Shown one piece after another: positions 12,408 through 26,645 of a stretch of 64,000 nucleotides of DNA. Each line of letters starts with the position of its first letter. Positions within the stretch are counted from its first letter, which is position 1. The notes under the pieces were generated by a model. The model saw only the letters and a program-made list of their open reading frames with translations. It made no database searches and was not told the DNA's origin. Origin of the DNA: Eledone cirrhosa (taxonomy: Eukaryota); the NCBI GenBank assembly GCA_964016885.1, contig OZ024746.1, positions 78,244,001 to 78,308,000 on the forward strand. Reading direction: 5' to 3'. The position numbers and the translations under genes are program-made.

Positions 12408-12441
<34 letters not shown>

Positions 12442-13343
12442 CACACATACATACACACATATATATACATATATATACACCGATATGTTTTGATTTACAA
12501 CGCTGTGTGTATGTATATATGTATGCATGTATATGCCCCCTATCTATCTTCTGATTACCATAAGTTCTACAATAAAAAGTTGTTGAGGAAACATCCAATT
12601 GCACTCCTCTATAATGTTGCCTTACATTACTTTAAAAAACCAGCATTCAGTGTTAGGTTACAGGTTTATTCTCTCCTTTCTTCCTTTCTTTCACATTTTA
12701 TTCCATTTTTTTTTTCTCCTTTCTTTTTGTTGTTTTTTGTCATTCCATCTTTATTTGTGTCTTTTTGGTCTTCTGGTTTATTATTATTGTTATTTTTTTT
12801 TATCCAACCTCTTACCTTCCCCAAACCCATTCTTTTCTCTTTTTTTTCCATCTATATACGTATATCTTTATTTATTCATTTTTTCTTTTATATTTTACTT
12901 TCGTGTCCACCCCCTATCCACCACCCCTCAATCATTGCTTTTTTTTATTTTATTTATTTTATTTTATTTTTTATTTTATGGTCTCTTTTTCTTTCTTTCC
13001 TTTTTTTTTGTTTTTTTTTCATTGTATTAATCTCATGTATTATCTGTTCTATCTCTGGCTTTCTCACCCTCTCTCTCTCTCTCTCACCCCCTCTCTCTCT
13101 CTCTCACCCTCTCTCTCTCTATCACCCTCTCTCTCTCTCTCTCTCTCTCAGCTTATCTACTCACATCTCCATCTATATTTATGTACATGTGCAAGTATGT
13201 ATATATATATATTCATGTTTGTGTTTGTGTGTATTTTTGTGTGTATATATATGTATGTATGTATATATATCTATGTATGTATACAAATGTATACATGTAC
13301 ACATGTGTGCATATATGGGCATATGTATACACATGTTTATATG

Positions 13344-13397
<54 letters not shown>

Positions 13398-13485
13398 TGC
13401 TCATGTGTATAAGCTTATCTTTCCATCTATCACTTTTGTTTTTTTTAGTCTTTGTATTCCATTTCCTACTTTTCATTTCCTTTTC

Positions 13486-13531
<46 letters not shown>

Positions 13532-13603
13532 GTATGTATATATATATACATATATATATACATATATACATATATACACACATATATATATATACATATA
13601 TAC

Positions 13604-13704
<101 letters not shown>

Positions 13705-13721
13705 CAAATATATATATACAA

Positions 13722-13768
<47 letters not shown>

Positions 13769-13769
13769 A

Positions 13770-13936
<167 letters not shown>

Positions 13937-13941
13937 CATTA

Positions 13942-14010
<69 letters not shown>

Positions 14011-14063
14011 CATATATATATATATACATATATATATACATATATATATACATATACATTAAC

Positions 14064-14128
<65 letters not shown>

Positions 14129-14131
14129 CAC

Positions 14132-14162
<31 letters not shown>

Positions 14163-14831
14163 CATATATATGTACATACATACATATATATACATATTTA
14201 TATATACATATACATTAACATATATATATTTACACACACACACACACACACTCACATATATATATATATATATAGTTATACCTATGTCTCTATCTGGCTT
14301 TTTTTTTTTTTCTCTCTCCCACTTCTTCATTGACACAAAAAAAAAAAAAAAAATACCCCCCCCCCCTACACACACCAATTCTCCAGGCCCACTCCGACGA
14401 CTCTAACACTCACCCCCTCACCTCGCCCCTTCCCCCCACCCCATCACCTCCCCCCCAAAATCCCATTGTATGTCAGCAAGCAGCACTGTAATGATTGGTA
14501 TCTGTGCAAGCTAGTTCAGAAGTCACAAATCATCGATCATAAAGCCTGCACACGCAGACAAATAATTGTGTGCTTTTCAACGGTTCCGCTCTTTGCAGAG
14601 AATACCTAATGAGACATTTAAGGTTTCGTTATGCATATTGAAGATCTATACTGCCACCCACTGCCGCCACCGCCACCGCCACCGCTGCCGCTGCTGCTGC
14701 TGCTGCTACTACTACTACTACTACTACTACTACTATTATTATTATTACACTGCTGTACTACACTCTGCAAACTGTGAATGTATGTGAATACCAATAGAGG
14801 TGAGAAAGGGGTCGAGACCAATGAAGGGAAA

Positions 14832-14900
<69 letters not shown>

Positions 14901-14965
14901 GTGTGTGTGTGTGTGTATATATATAAATATATGCGTGTGTGCATATATATATATCAATATATATA

Positions 14966-15028
<63 letters not shown>

Positions 15029-15089
15029 ATATAAATATATGCGTGTGTATGTGTGTATATATATATATATTATCAATATAAATTTATGC

Positions 15090-15120
<31 letters not shown>

Positions 15121-15177
15121 AATATAAATATATATATGTGTATGTCTGTGTCTATATATATATTATCAATATAAATA

Positions 15178-15208
<31 letters not shown>

Positions 15209-15293
15209 TATCAGTATAAATATATATGTGTGTATGTGTATATATGTGTGTGTGTATATAGATGTGTGTGTGTGTGTGTATATAGATATAAAT

Positions 15294-15332
<39 letters not shown>

Positions 15333-15518
15333 TAAATAAATGTCACCATGCTATGTTGTAGTGTTATCATGATTACCATACACTACGATGGTATGTGTAT
15401 ACACACATACACGAAGTATAGTGTGTGTATACACACATACACGAAGTATAGTGTGTGAGCTATCTATTTTCTTATTATTACATATGTATGTATTTATAAA
15501 ACCTTTTGTACATGTCTG

Positions 15519-15551
<33 letters not shown>

Positions 15552-16645
15552 GTGTGTGTGTGCATGTGAGTGTGTGTATGTGAATGTGAATGTGTGCATG
15601 AGAGGAAGTGCGTGTTTATGTGTGTATAAATGCATGCATATATATATGTGTATGTATATATGTGCACATTCATGCATATATGTGTGTACACACGTAAACA
15701 TACATTGTATTTTAAGGTCTGGTGTGCTAAGGGCAGGAGTTCTTTAATACAAAAGAAATATATAATATACTTTAAAAAACCAATGACCAAAAAGGGGTCA
15801 ACAGAAAATAAAACAAAACAATAAATTAATATTGAACTCCACCGTCATCATCATCACCATCACCATCATGACCAATCACCACTACTATCATCATCATCAC
15901 CATCACCACCACCTTCACCATCAACATAACCCCTACTACCATCATCACCATCACCACCACCATGATTATCATCCCCACCATGGCCATCACCACTACCTTC
16001 ACCATCATCACCTTCACCATCATTACCACTACCACTACCCATCATCAGCATCACCATCACCACCATGACCAAGAACCACCTTCACCTTCATCACCATCAT
16101 CACAGCCATCACCATCACCACTACTATGGTCATCAACCACCACCACCATTACAAACACCACCTTCACCATCAACAGCTTCACTATCATCAACACCTTCAC
16201 TATCATCACCACCACCACAACCACTATCAACTCCACAACCATCATCACCACCATCACCTTCACCATCATTAGCACCACCGCCACCACCACAACCACCACC
16301 ACCACCACCACCACCACCACCATCACCATGACTGCCATTAGCATCATCAACACCACCAACACCACTACACCTCACTGATATATATTTATCATAATAATAA
16401 CTATCTTTTGCTTGTTTAACTCTTGTATTTCTTATGAATAATATATAAATTCACAGAATGGCCTCCAAACTCTTCAGCATTTTTTGTTATTTCATTATTT
16501 CTTTCAAATACTAAAGAATCAAACTAAAACAACTCCAACAAATAATTCAATTTCTACATGGCACTAGATGAATGTAACATCACAAGAACAGGTTACATAC
16601 AAAGAAATTGGATGAGTAAAAAAATGGTTGCATATATATATATAT

Positions 16646-16806
16646 AGTTACGTAATAAACAACATAAGACAATTATTCTATTTACCAAAGGTTTCACGAA
16701 GACATGAGCTCAACACAGATGTCTGAAATCGTTCATCAGAGCTCATCTGTCTTCGTGAAACCTTTGGTAAATGGAATAATTGTCTTATGTTGTTTATTAC
16801 ATAACT
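16646..16806. repeat. Fold-back inverted repeat (~66-bp arms) containing a hammerhead core
   Basis: 16646-16711 is the near-perfect reverse complement of 16739-16806. Confidence 0.9.
16683..16739 (-). ncRNA. Hammerhead ribozyme core (stems II and III intact, stem I 5' arm replaced by the inversion)
   Basis: Minus strand CTGATGA-ACGA(TTTC)AGACAT(13-nt loop)ATGTCT-TCGT-GAAA-CC(TTT)GG-TA; GUA cleavage triplet. Confidence 0.7.
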
Positions 16807-16861
16807 AAAAAGCTCTGTAGCATACATAGAGCACTCTCCTTTCCTTTACCTTTCCTACGGA

Positions 16862-16922
<61 letters not shown>

Positions 16923-17106
16923 TATCATCACCATCATCATCACCGTTTTACGTCCGTTCATCCACGCTAGCATGGGATATATATATATAAACTGTCCAAT
17001 CCATGCTAGTGTGGAAGATGGGCGTTAAACGATGATGATGATATATTATAAAGTGAAACAACAGGAGGCCAAATATGTCGAATTTCCTTAATTTCTTATT
17101 CTGCAA

Positions 17107-17164
17107 ACACTATGCACATTTCAGTGACCAGGTTGCGTAAGAATCCGATGATCTCATCAGGTGC
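17107..17164 (-). ncRNA. Type I hammerhead motif, family H3
   Basis: Minus strand GCAC-CTGATGA-gatcATCGGattcttacgcaaCCTGGTcact-GAAA-TG(TG)CA-TA-GTGT; homologous to 20139-20196. Confidence 0.65.
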
Positions 17165-17589
17165 AAATTGCGTAATAGGTGAATACCAACGGAATGATGG
17201 TAAACTTGAAGGAAACAAGCAAAAAAAAAAAGAAACAGAGAGGAAAGAGTTTGTATTTATGTTTTTGACCCAGAGATGGACAAAGTAGCATGCTGCCATC
17301 TTGCTCCCCGGACACTAGCAGGCTGTTTGATTGATCATATCAACTGAAACACTCATTGTAACCAATGGAGTACCAGTTTTGTTTATATATATAGTATACA
17401 GAATGAAGCAGTTCTTTACATCCTGGAGAATTTCTGAAGAAACCCCACAAATTCACTCACGTCCTGTCTGACAAAAACAAGAGCCCCTTCCAAGGCGAAG
17501 TTGATCTCGGCTGGATTTGACTTCGGAATAAGTCCTTTTGTCTGATGCTTTCATGATTTTTCCAATCCACCACCAACATTAATAATACT

Positions 17590-18190
17590 AGTTTCTAATT
17601 TAGGCACAAGGCCAGCTATTTGGAAAGAGGAGAAAGTTGATTAAATCGACCCCAGTGCATTACTGGTGCTTTATTTTATTGACTCTATAACGATGAAAGG
17701 CAAAGCTAACCTCGGCAGGATTTGAACTCAGAATTTAAAGGGACGTAACTACTGTATTTCCCAAAACCGAAGACGCTTCATCCTTGAGGACGCACCCTAA
17801 TTTTGACAATCAAAAATCTGGAAAAAAAAATGATAAACAACCTTCGACCTCCAGGACGCATGCTAGGTTTTTGAGACTTATTTTAGGAAAAAGTAGCATC
17901 TTCGATGCCGGGAAATACGGTATATGCTGTACAGCTTGTTGTCTGATGCTCCACCGATACTGCCAATCCACCGCCATTTACTGCCAAACCACAAGCCACA
18001 AGGCCAGAAATTTGGGAAGAGGAGAAAGTCTATTATATTGACCACAGTTCTTACTGGTACTCTATTTTATCAACCTCGCAAGGATGAAAGGTAAAATGGA
18101 CTTCATCTAGATTTGAACTCAAAACATAGAGACTTGGAACAATGGCCACTAAGCATTTTGACAGAGACTTTAAAGATTCTACCAATCCAA
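17590..18190 (-). mobile_element. Two S2 SINE copies, the first interrupted by a MITE
   Basis: Reverse complement of the S2 core and head (GGATTTGAACTCAG, CCGATACTGCCAATCCACCGCC). Confidence 0.8.
17752..17920. mobile_element. TA-targeting MITE (Tc1/mariner-type TIRs) inserted in an S2 SINE
   Basis: TA-CTGTATTTCCC...GAAGACGC / GCATCTTCG...GGGAAATACGG-TA; the uninterrupted SINE reads GGACGTAACTATATGCTG at ~36632. Confidence 0.8.
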
Positions 18191-18339
18191 AGAATATTTC
18201 TTTCTAGTATTGGCACAAGACCAGCAATTTTAGGAAGAGAGAAAGTCGATTATATTGGCTCCAGTACTTTATTTCTACTTTATTTTATTGACCTAAGATG
18301 AAGGGCAAAGTCAACTTACTACCACTACGACTACTCCTC

Positions 18340-18373
<34 letters not shown>

Positions 18374-19735
18374 CACTACCTCCACCACTACCACCACTAC
18401 TACTACAGTCTTTATTACTTAACTCACATTTTTGTCATATACCACCACTTTTGCTATAGTATGGTATTGTCTATTTTTTTCTGTTTTCGGTGGCGGTGCT
18501 GGCGATGGCGGTGGTGGTGATGGTGGTGGTGGAGGAGGAGGTGGTGGTGATGGTGGTTGTGGAGGAGGAAGTGGTGATTGCGGAGGTGGTGGTGGTGGTG
18601 ATGGTGATGGTGTATGCGGAGGAGGTGGTTGCAGAAGAGGAGGTGGTGGTGGAGGAGGAGATGGTGGTGGTGGTGGTGGTGGAGGAGGAGGTGGTGGTGG
18701 TGGTGGTGATTGTGGTCGTGTGGGCGGGTACTTTGTAATGATGGAGGAGGTGGTGGTAGATATTTCTTATTGTTCCTTGCACCCCCTCCCCCACTGTACC
18801 CCCACCCCCACCATCTCTTGATGCAAGAAGCTCATTTTTAATACCTGTTCATTTGACCATAAGCTTCTTATTGCTTAAGTTGTGTGTGTGTGTGAATGTG
18901 TGTTGATGAGTATGAGTGTGTATGTGTGTGTGTGTGAATGTGTGTTGATGAGTATGAGTATGTATGTGTGTGTTTGTGCTAGTGTGCTTTATGGTTAATG
19001 TGTATGTGTTTGTGTGATTATGTTCTTGAGAGTGTGTACGTTTATGTGAATGTATGTGAGCCTGTGTATCTGTGTGTGTGTGTGTGTGTATGTATATATA
19101 TGTGTGCGTGTGTGTGTGTGTGTGCACTTTATGATTAATTTATTTGTGTGATTATGTTCTTGAGAGTGTGTATGTATTTGTGTAAATGTATGTTTGTATG
19201 AGAGTGTGTGTATGTTTGTCTGTAGTATGTGTGTGTGTGTGTACTTTATTTTCAATGTGTTTGTGTGATTATGTTCTTGAGACTGTATATGTTTGTATGA
19301 GCAGGTGTGTATGTATATACATATGTTTGTATGTTTGAGTGTGTGTGTGTAGTGTGTGTATGTATGTATGTAGTATATGTATGTGTGTGTGTGTACTTTA
19401 TGGGTTAATGTGTGGTCTTATTATGTTCTTGAGAGTGTATATGTTTGTATGAGCAGGTGTGTATGTATATACATATGTTTGTATGTTTGAGTGTGTGTGT
19501 GTAGTGTGTGTATGTATGTATGTAGTATATGTATGTGTGTGTGTGTACTTTATGGGTTAATGTGTGGTCTTCAAAACATTAAGCAACTAGTCTTCTAACA
19601 GATGTTGCAGTTTAATGTCACTAATTATACAGGTTGATGGGAACGTGTGTGTGGAACTGGAAGATGGTATGTGTATGTAGGAGTTTATATATATATATGT
19701 GTGTGTAAGAAAAAAAAAATTTTTTTTTTTTTTTT

Positions 19736-19872
19736 AGTCCAGAATTAGCCGTCGAAACGGCTTGAACTCAGCCGTCGGGGTCCTACTCGTTCCTATTACC
19801 CACTCTACTACCCTAAGTATTGAGTACTTTGGTGCGTTATGGTCCACCTGGTTCCTTACCATATTTCCTTCG

Positions 19873-19875
<3 letters not shown>
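19736..19875 (+). mobile_element. PLE-like terminal-repeat fragment with the 3' half of a hammerhead (family H4)
   Basis: ...CGTC-GAAACGGC(TTGAACTCA)GCCGTC gives stem III ACGGC/GCCGT and a GUC triplet; CUGAUGA truncated; homologous to 27847-28044; ends in (TA)n. Confidence 0.6.
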
Positions 19876-19913
<38 letters not shown>

Positions 19914-20052
19914 ATATATATATATATCATCATCATCTTCGTTTAACGTCCATTTTCCACACTATATATATATATATATACACACACACACATACACAAT
20001 ATATATTCATATATATATACATATACACATACATTCATGTATGCATATCCAT

Positions 20053-20083
<31 letters not shown>

Positions 20084-20138
20084 CATATACACATACATTC
20101 ATGAGGCTGGATTTGTGTAAATCCTTGAAAGGTTTATT

Positions 20139-20196
20139 ATACTATGATCATTTCAATGACCGGGTTCCGTATGAATCCGGTGATATCATCAGGTAT
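20139..20196 (-). ncRNA. Type I hammerhead motif, family H3, palindromic stem III
   Basis: Minus strand ATAC-CTGATGA-tatcACCGGattcatacggaacCCGGTcatt-GAAA-TGATCA-TA-GTAT; ATGATCAT palindrome, AUA triplet; lies in a ~200-bp element (20101-20301) homologous to 61120-61345. Confidence 0.7.
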
Positions 20197-20298
20197 TCGA
20201 GACGGTTGAACTGCTTTACGTTGAATACTCTCTATATTATTACATTACGATTGACCATACGGAATAGACCAGCTCTATACAGTGGTGAACCTCGAACC

Positions 20299-20331
<33 letters not shown>

Positions 20332-20335
<4 letters not shown>

Positions 20336-21005
20336 GAGAGGTATAGAGATTGTTTTAGCAAGAAGCTAACGGCATTCTATAACATATATGCGACTATAAC
20401 GTCAAGATGGGAAAAGTAGTTAACGAAAGATTTAGGAAAAATAACTCAAACTCATCTCAAAAGAGAATCAGGATATAAATTCATCCACAGAATTTAGTAA
20501 AATCCAGGGAAAAATCTATAGACCTTTAACTCATGATAAAATAAAGTTTGAAACACTTATCCTTCAATTTGGAATAACATCAAATGCTCTGTATAGTCTT
20601 AAAAGACTATTTCATGAAAACTTTCAGTGGAGATGGTCACGGTTGGAATTTCATTCATCAGCAGAGCTCACCAGAAAACCAGGGCTCTCACAGTAATATA
20701 ATCCGAAAAAGGGAATTCTAAAACTGGCTAGTTCGCCTTCATGTGTATTTATGAAAAAGCACATGAGGAAAAAACGGGGCTAGTGACGTCAGAATGGAAG
20801 TGAATGTTTATTTACAAGAAATAGCAGTCAAATACATTCTGAAAAAAAACTCTACAAAGGAGTTCAGCAAAATAGCAATAATTATCACAGTTTTTATGAA
20901 AAAAACCGGGATTAGTCACAGATAGTTTAAGCACTCTAGGAAAAGAATCCGAGTATAAATATAAATGAGAGGTATAGAAATTGTTTTAGCAAGAAGCTAA
21001 CGGCA
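20332..21005. mobile_element. Unclassified ~670-bp element bounded by 42-bp direct repeats
   Basis: AAATGAGAGGTATAGA(G/A)ATTGTTTTAGCAAGAAGCTAACGGCA at ~20332 and ~20963; flanked by (TA)n. Confidence 0.55.
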
Positions 21006-21031
21006 TATATATATATACACTATATCTCTAT

Positions 21032-21200
21032 CTAAGGCGGGTAAAATTCCCGAGATCCATGGACGAGTTCTCTCCAGCGGTCTCTGTCCCTCATTATCGC
21101 TGCCATATCCTGCATCTCCAACAGACCAGTGTCTGTCCTTAGGGCATCAACATATGTTAACCTTGGTCTTCCTCTTCTAGTGTGTCCATGTAGGGGCTCC
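21032..21200 (-). mobile_element. RTE-like LINE 3' end (family D), short copy
   Basis: [56 protein letters not shown], almost identical to 21703-21873. Confidence 0.9.
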
Positions 21201-21236
21201 CAAATATATATACACAATATATATATATATATATAC

Positions 21237-22345
<1,109 letters not shown>

Positions 22346-22548
22346 TATATATATATAAATGAAGTTAATATGCCCACGAGTACTAGGTACCCCTGGAAAT
22401 ATATAGGTTGTCTATGATACAGGGTTGTTCAATGGTATTAATTTGACATACCAGAACTATAATATTGAGATAAGCAGAACAAGCAAAATTCAAACAATTT
22501 TTTAAAATAAATAAAAAAAATATAATTTAAATATTTACCTACTCCAGT

Positions 22549-22632
22549 TGCTTTTACCGATCGGTTTCCCTTCACAAAACATTAGAAATCCATGGGGACC
22601 TCCAATGGAAAAGTCAAGTTCATTAGAAAGCA
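22549..22632 (-). ncRNA. Type I hammerhead fold with a CUAAUGA variant core
   Basis: Minus strand TGCTTT-CTAATGA-[long stem II incl. TCCAT...ATGGA]-GAAA-CCGATCGG-TA-AAAGCA: 6-bp stem I, palindromic stem III ACCGATCGGT, GUA triplet. Confidence 0.7.
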
Positions 22633-22797
22633 TTTTCCTTTCCTAGGACTAAAAGTCCCAGGAACGGCAAAATATATTGCCATCTGCCAGCTAGCACAGG
22701 ATCGAATGAGGCCAAAATTTGACCTGTACATGAACCAGTCCGTAGCAAAAGCGGAAGTAAACATAGACGTGTTGTCTACTCCACCACTAAAAATAGC

Positions 22798-22834
<37 letters not shown>

Positions 22835-23264
22835 TGTGTGTGTGTGTATACAGATATTTGTGTGTTTGTGTCTGCATATGTATCTTTCCCTCTCTGTGTG
22901 TGTAGTTGAAGCATTAAAATCATTTGGTTCCACACTGTATTGCTGGTATGTATTGTTATATATATAATGTATGCTTGTAAATGCCTTTCAGTTCCACCAT
23001 CTTCTCATCTTCTGTGCTAAATGTACCATAGGCCAGCTATATGCTATTAGATTACAATAAAATTGTCTCTTATCTATTGCTCTATAAAGCAAACAACCAT
23101 ACACACACATACATATATATATACATACATACACTTATATATGTGTGTATGTGAACCATATGCCTTTTGTCCATGCTTGCATGGACATATACACTCATGC
23201 ATATATTGATGCACACATACACTCATGCATATATTCATGTGCATATACATATATCTTTGCATCT

Positions 23265-23500
23265 TTGTCTGTGTTTGATTGTCAACCACTTCACAGAATG
23301 TACTGGGTACAATATATTGTGGCACCAGCACTATAGAGGTTGTCATGTCCTCAGTTAGACTGAGGAGACCTATTTACTTTATATTGTCTGTGTTTGATTG
23401 TCAACTACTTTACCGAGTGTACTGGGTACAATATATTCTGGCACCAGCACTATAGAGGTTGTCATGTCCTCAGTTAGACTGAGGAGACCTCTTTACCCTA
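23265..23500. repeat. ~119-bp tandem duplication of an RTE/SINE UTR-like module
   Basis: TTGTCTGTGTTTGATTGTCAAC...CAGTTAGACTGAGGAGACC twice. Confidence 0.85.
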
Positions 23501-24179
23501 TATCTATTTAATAATCAACCACTTAACATAATGTATAGTAGCTGTATAGAGCAGCAAGCTGGGTTCTGCTGTTCTTCTTTGTATTTTTATGTCCAAATCA
23601 ATAACAAGTTGTCCGAAATCTTCATAGAGAAAGTTTTAAGAGAAATAGCAGTTACCGAAATTAGAATTTTGACTTCTGGTGGGAAGCAGATTTCTTGCTT
23701 CCTTCTCCCAAACGTCAGAAAACCAATTGAATCACTACTAATTCAATAATATTTACATTGCCATGCGTGATGCAATGGTCAGTTCTTTGTAAACGATGGC
23801 ATCTGGTTTCAAGCTTTACTTTCATTGGCTTCCTGTCATTCAATAAGTGTCGTTAAATAAAAATAGCATGGAGTGTCCAAAGTCGGTGAGACAGCGCCCT
23901 CTCACTTTCAGTAATAACAGCATGAACTTCACAAATTCCTATGTCTTATATATATATATATATATATCATAATCATCATCACCATCATTTAACACGGCTT
24001 TCTCTGCTAGCAATGGTTGGATTATATATATATCTACCTTTTCTCTCACTCTCTATCTTCTCTCTTACTCTCTATCTTCTCTCTTACTCTCTCTCTTCTC
24101 TCTCTCTCTTCTTCCTCACTCTCTCTCTATCTTCTCTCTCTCTTCTATACATCATAAATAGTAGTACATCTATGTAAGA

Positions 24180-24935
24180 TTGCTGTTTTTGCTCTCTTTG
24201 ATGTTGTTGTTGTTGTTATCATTGTTGTTGCTGCTGCTATTGTTGATATTGTTGATATTGCTTTTGTTGTTGATATTGCTGTTACTGTTGTTGTTGTCGA
24301 TATTGCTGTTACTGTTGTTGTTGTCGATATTGCTGTTACTGTTGTTGTTGTCACTGTTGCTGGTACTGTTGTTGTTGTCGATATTGCTGTTACTGTTGTT
24401 GTTGTCGATATTGCTGTTACTGTTGTTGTTGTCACTGTTGCTGGTACTGTTGTTGTTGTCGATATTGCTGTTACTGTTGTTGTTGTCACTGTTGCTGGTA
24501 CTGTTGTTGTTGTCATTGTTGCTGTTACTGTTGTTGTTGTCGATATTGCTGTTACTGTTGTTGTTGTCACTGTTGCTGGTACTGTTGTTGTTGTCATTGT
24601 TGCTGTTACTGTTGTTGTTGTCATTGTTGCTACTGTTGTTGTTGTCGATATTGCTGTTACTGTTGTTGTTGTCGATATTGCTGTTACTGTTGTTGTTGTC
24701 ACTGTTGCTGGTACTGTTGTTGTTGTCGATATTGCTGTTACTGTTGTTGTTGTCGATATTGCTGCTGCTGTTGTTGTTGTCGATATTGCTGTTACTGTTG
24801 TTGTTGTCACTGTTGCTGGTACTGTTGTTGTTGTCATTGTTGCTGTTACTGTTGTTGTTGTCGATATTGCTGTTACTGTTGTTGTTGTCGATATTGCTGT
24901 TATTGTTGTTGTTGTCATTGTTGCTACTGTTGTTC
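24180..24935. repeat. 24-bp (TTG)-based minisatellite
   Basis: TTGTTGTTGTCGATATTGCTGTTAC-type units; source of the poly-L, poly-N and T-rich ORFs. Confidence 0.9.
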
Positions 24936-25317
24936 AGGGAAGTCAGTTCTGACTGGAGCAGATCTGTGATGGAAGCCTTTCCAGCCACATCACCTCTGCT
25001 CTACAAAATGTCTTTACGTCGGAGTTCAAATCCTACCCAGGGGTCAATTCTGTTTTTCATTCTTGTACCATCAATAAAGTACCAGTTATGTAGTGGGGTC
25101 GATATTGTTCCCCTCAATTCAAATTTTCTGGCCTTGTACTTACCTATGTTAGAGATGATAATCATCATTATTTATCATCATCATCATCATCATCATTCTG
25201 AGTTCAAATCCCACCAAGGTTAACTTTGCCTTTCATCCCTACGGGGTCGATAAAATAAAGTACCTGTAATACACTGGGTAATTTCTGGCCTTGTGCCAAA
25301 AGTAGAAACAATTATTT

Positions 25318-25355
<38 letters not shown>

Positions 25356-25606
25356 ACATTTTCTTTCCACACTGGTATGGGTTGGACAGGTTGTCATAGA
25401 CTGAGACTACATGGGTCAAGGAGACATCATCTTGCTTACTTATTCCATATTTGGCATGACTTGTGCAGCTGTATTCCTTTCCAAATACCAACCACTTTAC
25501 AGAGTGTGCTGGGTGCATTTATCATAGCACCAGCATTATGACTTCACAAAGTGCACTGGGTACATAAAATTGTTGCATCAGTGCCACTACATTATAGGGT
25601 ACACTG

Positions 25607-25928
25607 TAGTGATTCCCAACACGGGGTGCATGCCACCACAGGGAATGGGGGCAATTTGAATATTTAAGGAGGCAATTTGAAAATAACGTCAATTAGTACA
25701 AAGTTCAGGTTTTACCTTATTATTTTACACCGAGGCAACATTGGTACACACTACTATAAGAAACTCCTGTCTCACTTCCTCCACATGTTATTGGGCATCT
25801 GGCACTACCTATATGTCAATTTGTTTACATTTTGCAGTTGATCATTGCTGTTTGCATATCAAAGTGGGGCATAATCATTTCTGAGATGTTGAGGTGGGGC
25901 ATGGTGCACAAAAGGTTGGGCAGCACTA
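25607..25928. mobile_element. Degenerate hAT-type MITE
   Basis: Termini TAGTGATTCCCAAC ... GTTGGGCAGCACTA resemble hAT/Charlie CAGTGGTTCCCAAC TIRs; 8-bp TSD not evident. Confidence 0.5.
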
Positions 25929-25932
25929 GCTT

Positions 25933-26645
25933 ACTGAGTGCATTTTATCACTTACACTACCAATTTACAGAGTGTACTAGGTGCATTTTATCACATGCAC
26001 TACCAATTTACAGAGTGTACTGAGTGCATTTTATCACTTGCACTACCAATTTACAGAGTGTACTAGGTGCATTTTATCACATGCACTACCAATTTACAGA
26101 GTGTACTGAGTGCATTTTATCACTTGCACTACCAATTTACAGAGTGTACTAGGTGCATTTTATCACATGCACTACCAATTTACAGAGTGTACTGAGTCCA
26201 TTTTATCACATGCACTACCAATTTACAGAGTGTACTGAGTCCATTTTATCACATGCACTACCAATTTACAGAGTGTACTGGGTGCATTTTATCACTTACA
26301 CTACCAATTTACAGAGTGTACTGGGTGCATTTTATCACTTGCACTACCAATTTACAGAGTCTATTGGGTGCATTTTATCACATGCACTACCAATTTACAG
26401 AGTGTACTGAGTGCATTTTATCACTTACACTACCAATTTACAGAGTGTACTAGGTGCATTTTATCACATGCACTACCAATTTACAGAGTGTACTGGGTGC
26501 ATTTTATCACTTACACTACCAATTTACAGAGTATATTAGGTGCATTTTATCACATGCACTACTAATTTACAGAGTATACCAGATGTATTTCATTGCATGC
26601 ATTACCAATTTACAGAGTGTACTGGGTGTATTTTATCGTTGCATT
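25933..26645. repeat. 43-bp minisatellite, ~16 copies
   Basis: ACT(G/A)(A/G)GTGCATTTTATCAC(A/T)T(G/A)CACTACCAATTTACAGAGTGT repeated head to tail. Confidence 0.95.

Noticed and set aside
20615-20670. Minus-strand CTGATGA...GAAA as a hammerhead
   Set aside because: No convincing stem II, stem III or stem I pairing.
24145-25223. Poly-Leu, poly-Asn and Thr-rich ORFs
   Set aside because: 24-bp minisatellite continuing into SINE sequence.
25933-26645. CRISPR-like periodic array (also considered for 9570-10035)
   Set aside because: No unique spacers (pure tandem units or CT linkers), no cas genes, eukaryotic context.
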